A stretch of 64,000 nt of DNA from Actinomadura alba (GCF_039530285.1 NZ_BAAAOK010000005.1:289961-353960); one strand, 5' to 3'; shown: positions 53,356 to 63,414, counted from the first letter of the stretch. Numbers and translations are program-made. The notes: generated by a model from the sequence alone, not told the origin.

Positions 53356-54420
53356 ATGGCGAAGCTGCGCGGCCGGGGATACGCCTCGGTGAACTACCCC
53401 ACCGGCATGAACCTGGGCGGAGATCCCTCCCAGGCCCTGATCCACTCCACGACGACCGGCACTTTCGTGGTGTCGCTGTCCTCCGTCGACCTCGGTCAGG
53501 GCATCAAGACGATCGCCGCCCAGTGCGCGGCGGAGACCCTCGGGCTGCCGTACGGGAACATCATCGTCGACACCGCGGACACCGACACCGGACCGCACTG
53601 CATGGGCACCTTCGCCAGCCGCGGCACCCACCGCGTCGGCAACGCGGTCATCATGGCGGCCGCCGAGGCGCGTGAGGTGATGCTGGAGGTCGCCGCCGAG
53701 GAGCTGGAGGTCGACGCCGCCGACCTCGAGACCGACGGCACCGGTTTCATCCAGGTGAGGGGGGCGGACGAGAAGCGGATCCACATCACCGACCTGGCGC
53801 TGGCCGCGCACTTCGAGCATGGGCGCACGATCTCGGGCCGCGGCATCTTCCTGAAGGAGAAGAACGAGCCCGTACCCGAGACCGGCGAGATGGACCCCGA
53901 CTCCTGCCAGGCGCACGCCTGCACGGTCGCCGTCGTCGAGGTCGACGACGAGACCGGCGTGGTCGAGGTGCTGGAACTGCACAACGCGTACGAGATGGGG
54001 CGCGCCCTCAACCCGGCCATGGCCGCCCAGCAGGTCGAGGGAGGAGCCTGGATGGGCATGTCCCATGCCCTGTTCGAGGCCACCGAGCCCTACTACCCGG
54101 CGCGCGACCACGGGCCGCGGGACTTCAGCGAGTACCTGATGCCGACCGCCGCCGACATTCCCGTGCAGCGCAGCGTCATCCTCGAACGCCCCGCCGCCAA
54201 CGGCCCCTTCGGTGCCAAGGGCATCGGCGAGATGACGGCCAACGCCCCGATCCCCGCCATCGGCAACGCGATCTTCGACGCGTGCGGCGTACGGCTGGAT
54301 TCCATGCCGTTCACCCCGGAGAAGGTGCTGCGCGGCCTGGACGAGCTGCGGGGCCTGGACGAGCTGGGCGACGCGTCCGAACGGGCCCACGCACCGGCCA
54401 CCGGACACGAGCGGCCGTGA
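53356..54420 (+). CDS. molybdopterin-binding subunit, C-terminal polypeptide (NdhM-like)
   Basis: 354 aa with own SD GGGAAGGG; contains active-site Glu region PFGAKGIGEMTANAPIPAIGNAIFDACG. Confidence 0.75.
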   Translation: MAKLRGRGYASVNYPTGMNLGGDPSQALIHSTTTGTFVVSLSSVDLGQGIKTIAAQCAAETLGLPYGNIIVDTADTDTGPHCMGTFASRGTHRVGNAVIMAAAEAREVMLEVAAEELEVDAADLETDGTGFIQVRGADEKRIHITDLALAAHFEHGRTISGRGIFLKEKNEPVPETGEMDPDSCQAHACTVAVVEVDDETGVVEVLELHNAYEMGRALNPAMAAQQVEGGAWMGMSHALFEATEPYYPARDHGPRDFSEYLMPTAADIPVQRSVILERPAANGPFGAKGIGEMTANAPIPAIGNAIFDACGVRLDSMPFTPEKVLRGLDELRGLDELGDASERAHAPATGHERP

Positions 54421-54422
54421 CG

Positions 54423-55313
54423 ATGACCGGCCACCCCGGTCCCGCGGTGGGCGGCCTCCTCGACGAGGAGCGGCTCGCCACCGCACTGGGGCGGGAGGGG
54501 TACTTCGCCGACGAGGGCCTGCTCACCGCGGTGCACCTCGCGCTGCGGCTGGGCCGGCCGCTCCTGCTGGAGGGCGAGCCGGGCGTCGGCAAGACCGAGA
54601 TCGCCGCGGTGCTCTCGCGCGTGCTCGATCGAGAGCTCATCCGCCTGCAGTGCTTCGAGGGGCTCGACTCCGGCCAGGCGCTGTACGAATGGGACTACCC
54701 CAAGCAGTTGCTGAAGGCTCGGGCGGCCGAGACCCACGGCCAGGACATCGCCGACCTCTACGCCGAGGAGTTCCTCCTGCAGCGTCCCCTGCTGCGCGCG
54801 GTCAGGTCCGAGCACGGGGCGGTCCTGCTGATCGACGAGATCGACCGGGCCGACAGCGAGTTCGAGGCGTTCCTCCTGGAGTTCCTCAGCGACTTCCAGA
54901 TCACCATCCCCGAGCTCGGCACCCTGCGGGCACGGTGGACGCCGGTCGTCGTCCTGACCTCCAACCGGACCAGGGAACTGCACGACGCGCTCAAACGACG
55001 CTGCCTCTACCACTGGATCGCCTTCCCCGACGCCGAGCGCGAACGCGCGATCCTGCGCGCGCACGTGCCGGGACTCGAGGAGGTGGCGGCCGACCGGCTG
55101 GTCCGCGCCGTACAGGAGATCCGCACCCTGCCGCTGGTCAAACGGCCGGGCATCGCCGAGTCGGTGGAATGGGCTCGCGGAGCGCTGGCCCTGGTCGACG
55201 GCGGCCGCGCTTGGCCGCAGGCGCTGCGGCGCGCACTGGGACTGCTGATCAAGGACGAGGAGGACACCCGCCTGCTCCACGGCCGCGCGAACGAGATGTT
55301 CGGCCATGACTGA
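54423..55313 (+). CDS. MoxR/CoxD-like AAA+ ATPase (molybdoenzyme maturation)
   Basis: Start M at 54423; Walker A EGEPGVGKTEIA, Walker B LLIDEIDRA. Confidence 0.8.
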   Translation: MTGHPGPAVGGLLDEERLATALGREGYFADEGLLTAVHLALRLGRPLLLEGEPGVGKTEIAAVLSRVLDRELIRLQCFEGLDSGQALYEWDYPKQLLKARAAETHGQDIADLYAEEFLLQRPLLRAVRSEHGAVLLIDEIDRADSEFEAFLLEFLSDFQITIPELGTLRARWTPVVVLTSNRTRELHDALKRRCLYHWIAFPDAERERAILRAHVPGLEEVAADRLVRAVQEIRTLPLVKRPGIAESVEWARGALALVDGGRAWPQALRRALGLLIKDEEDTRLLHGRANEMFGHD

Positions 55314-56502
55314 GCGGCCGGACCGGCGGTCGCTGCGGCTCGCCGCGGACCATCTCTGGGGGTTCATGTCCGCCCTGCGCCGGGCGGGCGTGCGCCCAGC
55401 ACCTCCGAAACAGGCCGACTTCCTGCGCGCCATCGCGGAATCAGCGCCCCGTGACGTCACCTCGCTCTACTGGTATGCGCGGGTCACTCTGCTGGACGGC
55501 GTCGCCGACCTCGAGACGTTCGACCGCGTCTTCGACACCTGGTTCCGGCGCGACGACATCGAGACCGCCGTCACTCCCCCGCCCGACGAGCGAGGCAACG
55601 CGCCGGCACCGCACGGGGGCGACGACGGCGGGCCGCCGCCACCGGACGCGGTCCAGGGCAACGGCGTCGAGGCGAGCGCGCTGGCCACCACGGGGCGGCG
55701 GGCCTTCGGCCGGTCGGATGCCCGGCAGCGCGATCTCATGCGGTCGCTCCAGGCGACGTGGCCGGCCTGCCTTCCCACGATCTCCTCGCGGAGGAGGCAC
55801 CCGGCCCGATCCGGGCGCCGGCTGGACATGCGGCGCGTCTGGCGCCAGGCCCGGCGCGACGGCGGGGAGATCGTCCGGCTCCGGTGGACCACCCGGCCAC
55901 CCCGTACGCGCCGGCTCCTGCTTCTCGTGGACGTGTCCGGATCGCTGCGAAAGCACACCTCCGACCTGTTGCGACTCGCGCACACCGCGATCCAGGCCGC
56001 ACCCGCCCGCACCGAGGTCTTCACCTTCGGCACGCGCCTCACCCGGGTCACCGCCGCGCTGTCGTGCCCGCAGGTGGACCGGGCACTGGACGCCCTCTCC
56101 CACGAGGTCCTCGACGCCCACGGGGGCACCGCGATCGGCGCGGCGCTGGAGCGGTTCCTGGACACCCCCCGCTTCCTCGCACTCGCCCGCGGCGCGCTGG
56201 TGATCGTGATCTCGGACGGGTTGGAGCGAGGCGACTGCGCGGCGATGGTCCGCTCGACCGAGCGCCTGTCCCGGCTCGGGCACCGGCTCGTCTGGTGGTC
56301 GCCGCTGGCCTGCTCACCCACCTACCGTCCGATCACGCGCGGCATGGCCGGCCAGCTGGGCAGCCTCGACCGCCTCGGCGGCGTGCGCGACCTCGAGACC
56401 GGCCTGGCCGAGATCCGGCGCCTCCCCACGGTGCTGGCCGGACCCCGCCGCGCGGCAGCCCGCCACTGGCCCGAACCCACGCCGACTGGACCGCCCACAT
56501 GA
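55306..56502 (+). CDS. CoxE-like von Willebrand factor A domain protein
   Basis: 398 aa; ATGA overlap; vWA MIDAS-like LLLVDVSGSL; follows CoxD as in cox/xdh clusters. Confidence 0.7.
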   Translation: MTERPDRRSLRLAADHLWGFMSALRRAGVRPAPPKQADFLRAIAESAPRDVTSLYWYARVTLLDGVADLETFDRVFDTWFRRDDIETAVTPPPDERGNAPAPHGGDDGGPPPPDAVQGNGVEASALATTGRRAFGRSDARQRDLMRSLQATWPACLPTISSRRRHPARSGRRLDMRRVWRQARRDGGEIVRLRWTTRPPRTRRLLLLVDVSGSLRKHTSDLLRLAHTAIQAAPARTEVFTFGTRLTRVTAALSCPQVDRALDALSHEVLDAHGGTAIGAALERFLDTPRFLALARGALVIVISDGLERGDCAAMVRSTERLSRLGHRLVWWSPLACSPTYRPITRGMAGQLGSLDRLGGVRDLETGLAEIRRLPTVLAGPRRAAARHWPEPTPTGPPT

Positions 56503-57458
56503 CGAACACCGAACGCGCCCGGAACCCCGAGATCCCCGAGATCCCCGACGACGCTGAGATCGAGCTGGTCGACGCCCACCACCACATCTGGCGGAGGGCG
56601 GACCTGCCGTGGCTGGACGGTGCGATGGTGCCGCGCATCTTCGGCCCCTACGAGCCGATCCGCCGGGACTACCTCGCCGACGAGTACGTCGGCGAGGCCA
56701 CCGCCTGCGGCATCTCCTCGTCGGTCTACGTCCAGACGAACTGGCCGCTCGAACGGTCCATCGACGAGGTCCGCTGGCTGCGTGACGTTCACGCGCACAC
56801 CGGATGGCCCATGGCCGTGATCGGCTCGGCGGACCTGTTCGACCCCGGCGCCGCCGAGGTGATGCGCCGGCAGGCCGAGCTCACCCCGCTCATGCGCGGG
56901 ACCCGCTTGCAGCTGCACTGGCACGACCGCCCCGAGTTCCGGTTCGCGTCGGCCCCGGACCGGATGAACGATCCGGTGTTCCGCAGCGGCATCGCCGCGC
57001 TGGCCGAGCTCGGCTGGCTCTTCGAGCTGCAGGTCTTCGCGCCGCAGATGGCCGACGCGGCCGAGTTCGTGGCCGCCTTCCCCGGCACCACGTTCGTGCT
57101 GGTGCACGCCGGGATGCTGGACGGCACGGAGCCGGCCCGCATCGCCGAGTGGACGCGGGGCATGCGGCTCCTGGCCGAGCTGCCCAACGTCGTGGTGAAG
57201 CTCACCGGCCAGGGCACCTTCGTCCACCGGGTCGATCAGACGCTGATCGACCTGGTCACCGCGACCTGTCTGGAGCTGTTCGGATCACGGCGTTGCATGT
57301 GGGGCAGCAACTTCCCGGTCGAGAAGATCTGGACCGATCTGCCCACCCTCGTCACGGCCTGGCGGCGGGCCCTCGGCCGGTACGCCCCCGGCGTCCGGCG
57401 CGATGTCTTCGCCGAGACCGCGCGGAGGATCTACACGCTCACCGATCACACAGCGTGA
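56499..57458 (+). CDS. amidohydrolase-2 family protein
   Basis: ATGA overlap; ELVDAHHHIW metal-binding N-terminus, VLVHAGM; 319 aa. Confidence 0.7.
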   Translation: MTNTERARNPEIPEIPDDAEIELVDAHHHIWRRADLPWLDGAMVPRIFGPYEPIRRDYLADEYVGEATACGISSSVYVQTNWPLERSIDEVRWLRDVHAHTGWPMAVIGSADLFDPGAAEVMRRQAELTPLMRGTRLQLHWHDRPEFRFASAPDRMNDPVFRSGIAALAELGWLFELQVFAPQMADAAEFVAAFPGTTFVLVHAGMLDGTEPARIAEWTRGMRLLAELPNVVVKLTGQGTFVHRVDQTLIDLVTATCLELFGSRRCMWGSNFPVEKIWTDLPTLVTAWRRALGRYAPGVRRDVFAETARRIYTLTDHTA

Positions 57459-57498
57459 CGGCCTGGTTCAAGCAGGAGAGCCCGGGTAGGGCAGCGTC

Positions 57499-57993
57499 AT
57501 GGCGGAGATCACTGTTCGGGTGAACGGCACGGAGCACTCGCTGATCGTCGACACCCGGCTTTCGCTGCTGGACCTGCTGCGTGAGCGGCTCGGCCTGACC
57601 GGCTCGAAGAAGGGCTGCGATCATGGCCAGTGCGGCGCGTGCACCGTGTTGATCGACGGTCGCCGGTCCAACGCCTGCCTGGCGCTGGCGGTCACGTGCG
57701 ACGGCCTCGACGTCACGACCGTCGAGGGCCTGGGCGACGGCGACGGCGGGCTGCACCCGTTGCAGGCCGCGTTCATCGAGCACGACGCGTTCCAGTGCGG
57801 TTACTGCACGCCCGGGCAGCTGTGCTCGGCCGCCGGGATGCTCACCGAGCCCGGGCCGAGCGCCGTCACCGAGGACCTCATGGAAGACCCGCCACTGACG
57901 CCCGCCGAGATCCGCGAGCGCATGAGCGGCAACCTGTGCCGGTGCGGCGCCTACGTCAACATCGTCACCGCGATCGAGGGAGTGCGGCGATGA
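57499..57993 (+). CDS. molybdenum hydroxylase (2Fe-2S) small subunit, second set
   Basis: 164 aa; CDHGQCGACTV, CGYCTPGQ...CRCGAY. Confidence 0.9.
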   Translation: MAEITVRVNGTEHSLIVDTRLSLLDLLRERLGLTGSKKGCDHGQCGACTVLIDGRRSNACLALAVTCDGLDVTTVEGLGDGDGGLHPLQAAFIEHDAFQCGYCTPGQLCSAAGMLTEPGPSAVTEDLMEDPPLTPAEIRERMSGNLCRCGAYVNIVTAIEGVRR

Positions 57994-58961
57994 GGCCCTT
58001 CGAGTACGCGCGGGCGCTCGACGGGCCTGACGCCGTGGCCCGCTTCCGGCCCGGCACGATGTACCTCGGCGGAGGCACCAACCTCGTCGACCTCATGCGG
58101 CTGGGCGTCGCGGAACCCGATCATCTCGTGGACGTCAGCCGCCTTCCGTTCGACCGCGTCGAGGCGAGCGACGGCGGCCTGCGGATCGGCGCGGCGGTGC
58201 GCAACAGCGACCTGGCCGCGCACCCGCTGGTGCGCGAGCGGTACCCGATGCTGGCACGGGCGCTGCTGGCCGGGGCATCCGGCCAGGTGCGCAACATGGC
58301 GACGGTCGCGGGCAACCTGCTGCAGCGGACCCGCTGCCCTTACTTCCAGGACGTCACCAAGGCCTGCAACAAGCGCGTTCCGGGCTCCGGCTGCCCGGCC
58401 ATCCCGGGCGACCATCGCAACCACGCCATCATCGGCCACTCCGAGGCGTGCGTGGCCGTCCATCCCTCCGACATGGCGGTGGCGCTGGCCGCTCTGGAGG
58501 CCCGGGTGCACGTCACCGGCCCAGACGGCGACCGGGTCGTGCCGATCCCGGGCCTGCACCGGCTGCCCGGTACCGAACCCCACCGTGACACCGTGCTGGA
58601 GCCCGGCGAACTGATCACCACCGTGGAGCTGCCTTCCCCGCCCGCCGGCTCCTCCCAGTACCGGAAGGTGCGCGAGCGCGCGTCGTTCGCCTTCGCGCTC
58701 GTCTCCGTCGCCGCCGTGCTCGACGTCGGCGGCGACGGAACCGTGCGCGGCTGCCGGCTGGCACTCGGCGGTGTGGCGCACGTGCCATGGCGCGCCGAGC
58801 GGGCCGAGCGGGCGCTGCTCGGCGCGCCGGCGACCGAAGAGGAGTTCGTCCGGGCGGCGGACGCCGAACTCGACCAGGCCCGGCCGCTGCCCCGGAACGG
58901 CTACAAGGTGCCGCTGTCCCGCAACCTGATCGTCCGCACGCTACGGGAGCTGACGCCTTGA
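57990..58961 (+). CDS. molybdenum hydroxylase FAD-binding subunit, second set
   Basis: ATGA overlap; 323 aa; YLGGGTNLVDLMRLG, ATVAGNLLQRTRCPYF. Confidence 0.85.
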   Translation: MRPFEYARALDGPDAVARFRPGTMYLGGGTNLVDLMRLGVAEPDHLVDVSRLPFDRVEASDGGLRIGAAVRNSDLAAHPLVRERYPMLARALLAGASGQVRNMATVAGNLLQRTRCPYFQDVTKACNKRVPGSGCPAIPGDHRNHAIIGHSEACVAVHPSDMAVALAALEARVHVTGPDGDRVVPIPGLHRLPGTEPHRDTVLEPGELITTVELPSPPAGSSQYRKVRERASFAFALVSVAAVLDVGGDGTVRGCRLALGGVAHVPWRAERAERALLGAPATEEEFVRAADAELDQARPLPRNGYKVPLSRNLIVRTLRELTP

Positions 58962-60976
58962 ACCGCGTCGAGGCCTACGACAAGGTCACCGGGCGTGCGA
59001 AGTACGCCTACGAGTACGGCGTGGGCGAGGTCGCGTACGCCCATCTCGTCCAGTCGACGATCGCACGCGGGCGGATCCGGTCCATCGACCCGGGTCAGGC
59101 GCTGGCCATGCCCGGCGTGATCGCCGTCCTGTCCAGCGACGACCCGCCCGAGCTCGGCTCGCTCGACGACGCCGAACTCGCCCTGCTCCAGAGCCGCGCC
59201 ATCGCCTACCGTGGCCAGATCGTGGCCGTGGTCGTCGCCGAGACGCCGGAGATCGCGCGCGCCGCCGAGCGGGCCGTGCGGGTCGAGTACGACGCCGAGC
59301 CGCACGACGTGCTCCTCCGGCCGGACCACCCAGGCCTCTACCCGCCCGAGAAGGTCAACCCGGGGCTGCCGACCGACACCGAGCGGGGGGATGTGGCGGG
59401 TGGGCTCGCCGACGCGGCGGTGACCGTGGACGCGACGTACACGACCCCGACCCAGCACAACAATCCGATGGAGCCGCACGCCGCGCTCGCCGTCTGGGCG
59501 GACGGCGGCCTGACGCTCTACGACTCGTCGCAGGGCGTGTCCGCCGAGCGCGCCACGGCCGCGAAGGTCCTGGGCCTTCCGCCGGAGCGGGTGCGGGTGA
59601 TCTCCCGGCACGTCGGCGGCGGATTCGGGTCGAAGGGCACCATACGGCCGCATGCGGTCGCGGCGGCGCTCGCGGCGCGGGCCACCGGTCGCCCGGTGAA
59701 GATCGCAGTCACGCGGCAGCAGATGTTCGAGGTCACCGGGTATCGCACCCCGACCATCCAGCGGCTCCGGCTCGGCGCCGACGCCGACGGGCGGCTGACC
59801 GCGATCGCCCACGACGTCGTCGAGCAGACCTCGACGATCGTCGAGTTCGCCGAGCAGACCGCCACCCCGACTCGCGTCATGTACGCGACTCCGGCACTGC
59901 GCACCACGCACCGGCTGCTCCGGCTCGACCTGCCGACGCCGTCGTGGATGCGGGCGCCCGGTGAATGCCCGGGCATGTACGCGCTCGAGTCCGCGATGGA
60001 CGAACTCGCGGTCGCCGCCGGCATCGACCCGATCGAGCTGCGCGTCATGAACGAGCCCCTGACCGAGCCCGAGAGCGGCCTGCCGTTCAGCTCCCGCAAT
60101 CTCGTCGCCTGCCTGCGTGAGGGCGCCCGCCGCTTCGGATGGGAACGCCGCGACCCCGAGCCCGGGATCCGCCTCGACGGGCGGTGGCTCGTCGGCACGG
60201 GCGTCGCCTCCTCCACGTACCCGGCCAGGCGCATGGCCTCACGGGCCACGGCGACCGCCGAGGACGGCGGATTCATCGTCCGCATCGCCGCCGCCGACAT
60301 CGGCACCGGAGCCCGTACGGCGCTGACCCGGATCGCGGCGCAGACCCTGGGCACCTCCACCGAACGGGTGCGCGTCGAGATCGGGGACAGCGCCCTGCCG
60401 CAGGCCTCGCTCGCGGGGGGCTCCATGGGCACCGCCTCGTGGGGCTCGGCGGTCGTGAAGGCGTGCGAGGCGATGCTGAAGAACGGCGCAGTGGGCAGCG
60501 CCGACACCACCGAGGACGTCGAGGCCGACTCCGGCTTCGCCCGGCACGCGTTCGGCGCGCAGTTCGCCGAGGTCCGCGTCGACATCGACACCGGTGAGCT
60601 GCGCGTACCGAGGCTGCTCGGCGTGTTCGCCGCCGGCCGGATCATCGACGACTCGCTCGCCCGATCGCAGTTCATCGGCGGCATGACCATGGGCATGGGA
60701 ATGGCCCTGATGGAGGAGACCGTCGTCGACGAGGAGTTCGGCGACTTCCTCAACCACGACCTCGCGCAGTATCACGTCGCCGCCTGCGCCGACGTACTGG
60801 ACATCGATGCCGTGTGGATCGAGGAGGAGGACCCGTACCTCAACCCGATGGGCAGCAAGGGCATCGGCGAGATCGGCATCGTCGGTACCGCCGCCGCCAT
60901 CGCCAACGCCGTCTACCACGCGACCGGGCGGCGTATCCGCGACCTGCCCATCACCCCCGACAAGCTGGTGAGCTGA
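58958..60976 (+). CDS. xanthine dehydrogenase-family molybdopterin-binding large subunit, second set (intact)
   Basis: TTG start overlapping upstream stop (TTGA), no in-frame ATG/GTG downstream before conserved N-terminus; HVGGGFGSKG; active-site region MGSKGIGEIGIVGTAAAIANAVYHATG. Confidence 0.8.
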   Translation: MNRVEAYDKVTGRAKYAYEYGVGEVAYAHLVQSTIARGRIRSIDPGQALAMPGVIAVLSSDDPPELGSLDDAELALLQSRAIAYRGQIVAVVVAETPEIARAAERAVRVEYDAEPHDVLLRPDHPGLYPPEKVNPGLPTDTERGDVAGGLADAAVTVDATYTTPTQHNNPMEPHAALAVWADGGLTLYDSSQGVSAERATAAKVLGLPPERVRVISRHVGGGFGSKGTIRPHAVAAALAARATGRPVKIAVTRQQMFEVTGYRTPTIQRLRLGADADGRLTAIAHDVVEQTSTIVEFAEQTATPTRVMYATPALRTTHRLLRLDLPTPSWMRAPGECPGMYALESAMDELAVAAGIDPIELRVMNEPLTEPESGLPFSSRNLVACLREGARRFGWERRDPEPGIRLDGRWLVGTGVASSTYPARRMASRATATAEDGGFIVRIAAADIGTGARTALTRIAAQTLGTSTERVRVEIGDSALPQASLAGGSMGTASWGSAVVKACEAMLKNGAVGSADTTEDVEADSGFARHAFGAQFAEVRVDIDTGELRVPRLLGVFAAGRIIDDSLARSQFIGGMTMGMGMALMEETVVDEEFGDFLNHDLAQYHVAACADVLDIDAVWIEEEDPYLNPMGSKGIGEIGIVGTAAAIANAVYHATGRRIRDLPITPDKLVS

Positions 60977-61147
60977 GCCGGGTCGACGGTCCCCCCGACC
61001 GTTCGCACGAGTCGACGTCGAAAGCCGCGCGTTGCACGTCCAGGTCGGCGGGGTGAGCATGATCGGCGTCCATGCCGCCACTGGTCATCACCGCGCGCTG
61101 ACGCTGCACATTCAAACTCGGACAAATCCACGCTATCGTGACGAAGC

Positions 61148-61642
61148 ATGAAATTCCGGCTCAAACCATCTAGTCGGGCGCAGCACCCCAACGTCGACAT
61201 CGCGGTGTCCGATCTCATTCGGCCCCTCGACCGACTGAGGAAGACGTTCAACCGTCATGACCTCGACGGGCTGGCGACAAGCTTCCATCAGCGCGCCGTG
61301 CTCGTCGCGCCGGACGGCGTGGGGCAGGACCGGGACGAGATCGCTTCCTACTACGGCGTCTTCATGGAAGCGTTCCCCGACTCGATGTGCACCCCCAAGG
61401 CGGTGACCACGTCCGGCGACACCGTGGTGGCGGAGTACACGCTCACCGGCACCCACAAGGGGCTCTATCTGGCGCCAGGAGGAGAGCTGGTCGAGCCGAC
61501 CGGCCGTCCCATCACCGTCCGCGCGTGCAGCGTATCGATCGTGGAGGACGGCGTCATCGTCAATCACCGCATCTTCTACGATCAGCTCGAAGTGATCAGC
61601 CAGATCGGCGGTTCGCCCCGCTTCGGAGCCGGCGAGGAGTGA
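61148..61642 (+). CDS. SnoaL-like / NTF2-fold ester-cyclase family protein
   Basis: 164 aa; pattern ...DGLATSFHQRAVLVAPDG...VVAEYTLTGTHKG... typical of SnoaL_2. Confidence 0.55.
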   Translation: MKFRLKPSSRAQHPNVDIAVSDLIRPLDRLRKTFNRHDLDGLATSFHQRAVLVAPDGVGQDRDEIASYYGVFMEAFPDSMCTPKAVTTSGDTVVAEYTLTGTHKGLYLAPGGELVEPTGRPITVRACSVSIVEDGVIVNHRIFYDQLEVISQIGGSPRFGAGEE

Positions 61643-61756
61643 ACCGCACGCAGGTCCGGTCGGACTCCGACGGCTCCTGAGGACGGCGAGGAAAGGCGAG
61701 GGCCGGTGACCCGGGCCCCACGGCCCGGGTCACCGGCCCTCCCGGTCGCTCGCCGA

Positions 61757-62605
61757 TCACCCCGCCACTACCGGATTCCGCAGCGTCCCAACGCCGTCGA
61801 TGCGGCATTCGGCGACGTCGCCGGGGCTCAGGACCACGGCTCCCGGCGTCCCGGTGCAGATGATGTCACCGGGGAAGAGCGGCATGACCTTGCTGTGAAA
61901 GCTCACCAGGAACGCCGGGGCGAAGCGCATGTGCGCGACGGTGTCGCGGCGACGCACCTCACCGTTCAGCACCGTCGAGACCTCGATGTCGGCGAGGCCA
62001 CCGAAGGCGGACATGACCTCTGGCAGCGCGACGATCGCCGGGCCGAAGGAGAGGAACCCGGGGAAGTTCTTCGAGCGGGTGAGGAAGCGCGGGTTCCGGG
62101 CGAGGATGTCCTCGGCCGTCTGGTCCAGCACCGGGAAGACGCCGAAGACGTGGTCGAGGGCGTCCTCGGGCTCGACGTTCCGGCAGAGCCGGCCGATCAC
62201 GAGCCCGAGTTCCGCCTCGGCGGTGACCCGCTCGCTCTGCGGCGGGAGCGGTATCGGGTCGCCGGGACCGATGATGGTGTGGTCGCCCTTCATGAACGAC
62301 GCCGGTTCCTCGGGTACCGACTCGGTCAGGTCGCCGGCGTGGGCCACGTAGTTCAGCCCGATTCCCCAGATCTTGCGGGGACGACGGTAAGGAGCGGCGA
62401 ACCGCACCGACTCCTCCGGCCGGAACACGGCGGCGGGCGCGGTCTCGGCGAGCGCGGCGAGGCGCCGGGCCCGGCCGTCGCCGAGGAGCGCCATCACGTC
62501 ACCGGAGTGGTCGGGCATCAGCTCGGCCACGTCGGCGACGCCGCGCCCGGGATGCACGAGGACGGGGGTCTCGCCGCGAGCGTCGTGGACGGTCGCAAGT
62601 CGCAT
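61757..62605 (-). CDS. fumarylacetoacetate hydrolase (FAH)-family hydratase/decarboxylase
   Basis: 282 aa; IWGIGLNYVAHAGD, metal-binding EAELGLVIG, C-terminal GDIICTGTPGAV. Confidence 0.8.
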   Translation of the reverse strand: MRLATVHDARGETPVLVHPGRGVADVAELMPDHSGDVMALLGDGRARRLAALAETAPAAVFRPEESVRFAAPYRRPRKIWGIGLNYVAHAGDLTESVPEEPASFMKGDHTIIGPGDPIPLPPQSERVTAEAELGLVIGRLCRNVEPEDALDHVFGVFPVLDQTAEDILARNPRFLTRSKNFPGFLSFGPAIVALPEVMSAFGGLADIEVSTVLNGEVRRRDTVAHMRFAPAFLVSFHSKVMPLFPGDIICTGTPGAVVLSPGDVAECRIDGVGTLRNPVVAG

Positions 62606-62640
62606 CGGTTCTCCGTAAGTTGTCAGGCGGGAGGCCGTGG

Positions 62641-63414
62641 TCAGAGGGACCCGACGAGACCTCCGTCGCAGCGGATCTGCGCTCCGGTCACGTAGGACGC
62701 CGGTTCGCCGCAGAGGAAGGCGACGACGGCGGCGAACTCCTCCGGCGTGCCGTAGCGGCCCATGGGGATGGCCGCCTGTGAGCGCCGGCGCGCCTCCTCG
62801 GCCGAGACGCCCTCGCGCTTGGCGCGACCGGCGTCGAGCTCCGCCACCCGCGCCGTGTCGATCCGTCCGGGCAGCACCATGTTGACGGTGACGCCCTGAG
62901 CGGCGACCTCACGAGAGAGCGTCTTGAGATACGCCGCGAGCCCGGCGCGCGCCACGTTGGACAGGGCAAGGTTCTCGATGGGCTGCTGTACGCCGCTGGA
63001 GCCGATCGCGACGATGCGACCCCAGCCGCGCTCGCACATGCCGGGCAGGACGAGGGAGGCCAGCCGGATCTGCTGCGTGAGCAGCTGGTGGACGGCCTTG
63101 TCCAGCTGGTCGGGCGACATGTCCCTGGCGGTGGAGGGCGGCGGCCCGCCGCTGTTCAGCACGAGCACGTCGATCCGGCCGTAGTGGTCGAGCGCCGTCC
63201 CGACCAGCCGGTCGGGGGCGTCCGGCGTACCGAGGTCGACCTCCAGTCCGAGCCCGCCGGAAAGCCGTTCGGCTTCTTTTTCGGCGAGGTGCCCGCGCCG
63301 TCCGCTGATGACGACGTTCGCGCCCTCGGCGTCGAGGGCACGGCCGACGGCCAGCCCCAGACCCGAGGTGGATCCGGCGACGATCGCGGTCTTGCCGCTC
63401 AGCCCGATGTCCAT
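62641..63414 (-). CDS. SDR-family oxidoreductase
   Basis: Start MDIGLSGK at 63414 (GAAGGAGAC SD); TAIVAGSTSGLG cofactor motif, catalytic YxxxK region (AAYLK). Confidence 0.8.
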   Translation of the reverse strand: MDIGLSGKTAIVAGSTSGLGLAVGRALDAEGANVVISGRRGHLAEKEAERLSGGLGLEVDLGTPDAPDRLVGTALDHYGRIDVLVLNSGGPPPSTARDMSPDQLDKAVHQLLTQQIRLASLVLPGMCERGWGRIVAIGSSGVQQPIENLALSNVARAGLAAYLKTLSREVAAQGVTVNMVLPGRIDTARVAELDAGRAKREGVSAEEARRRSQAAIPMGRYGTPEEFAAVVAFLCGEPASYVTGAQIRCDGGLVGSL

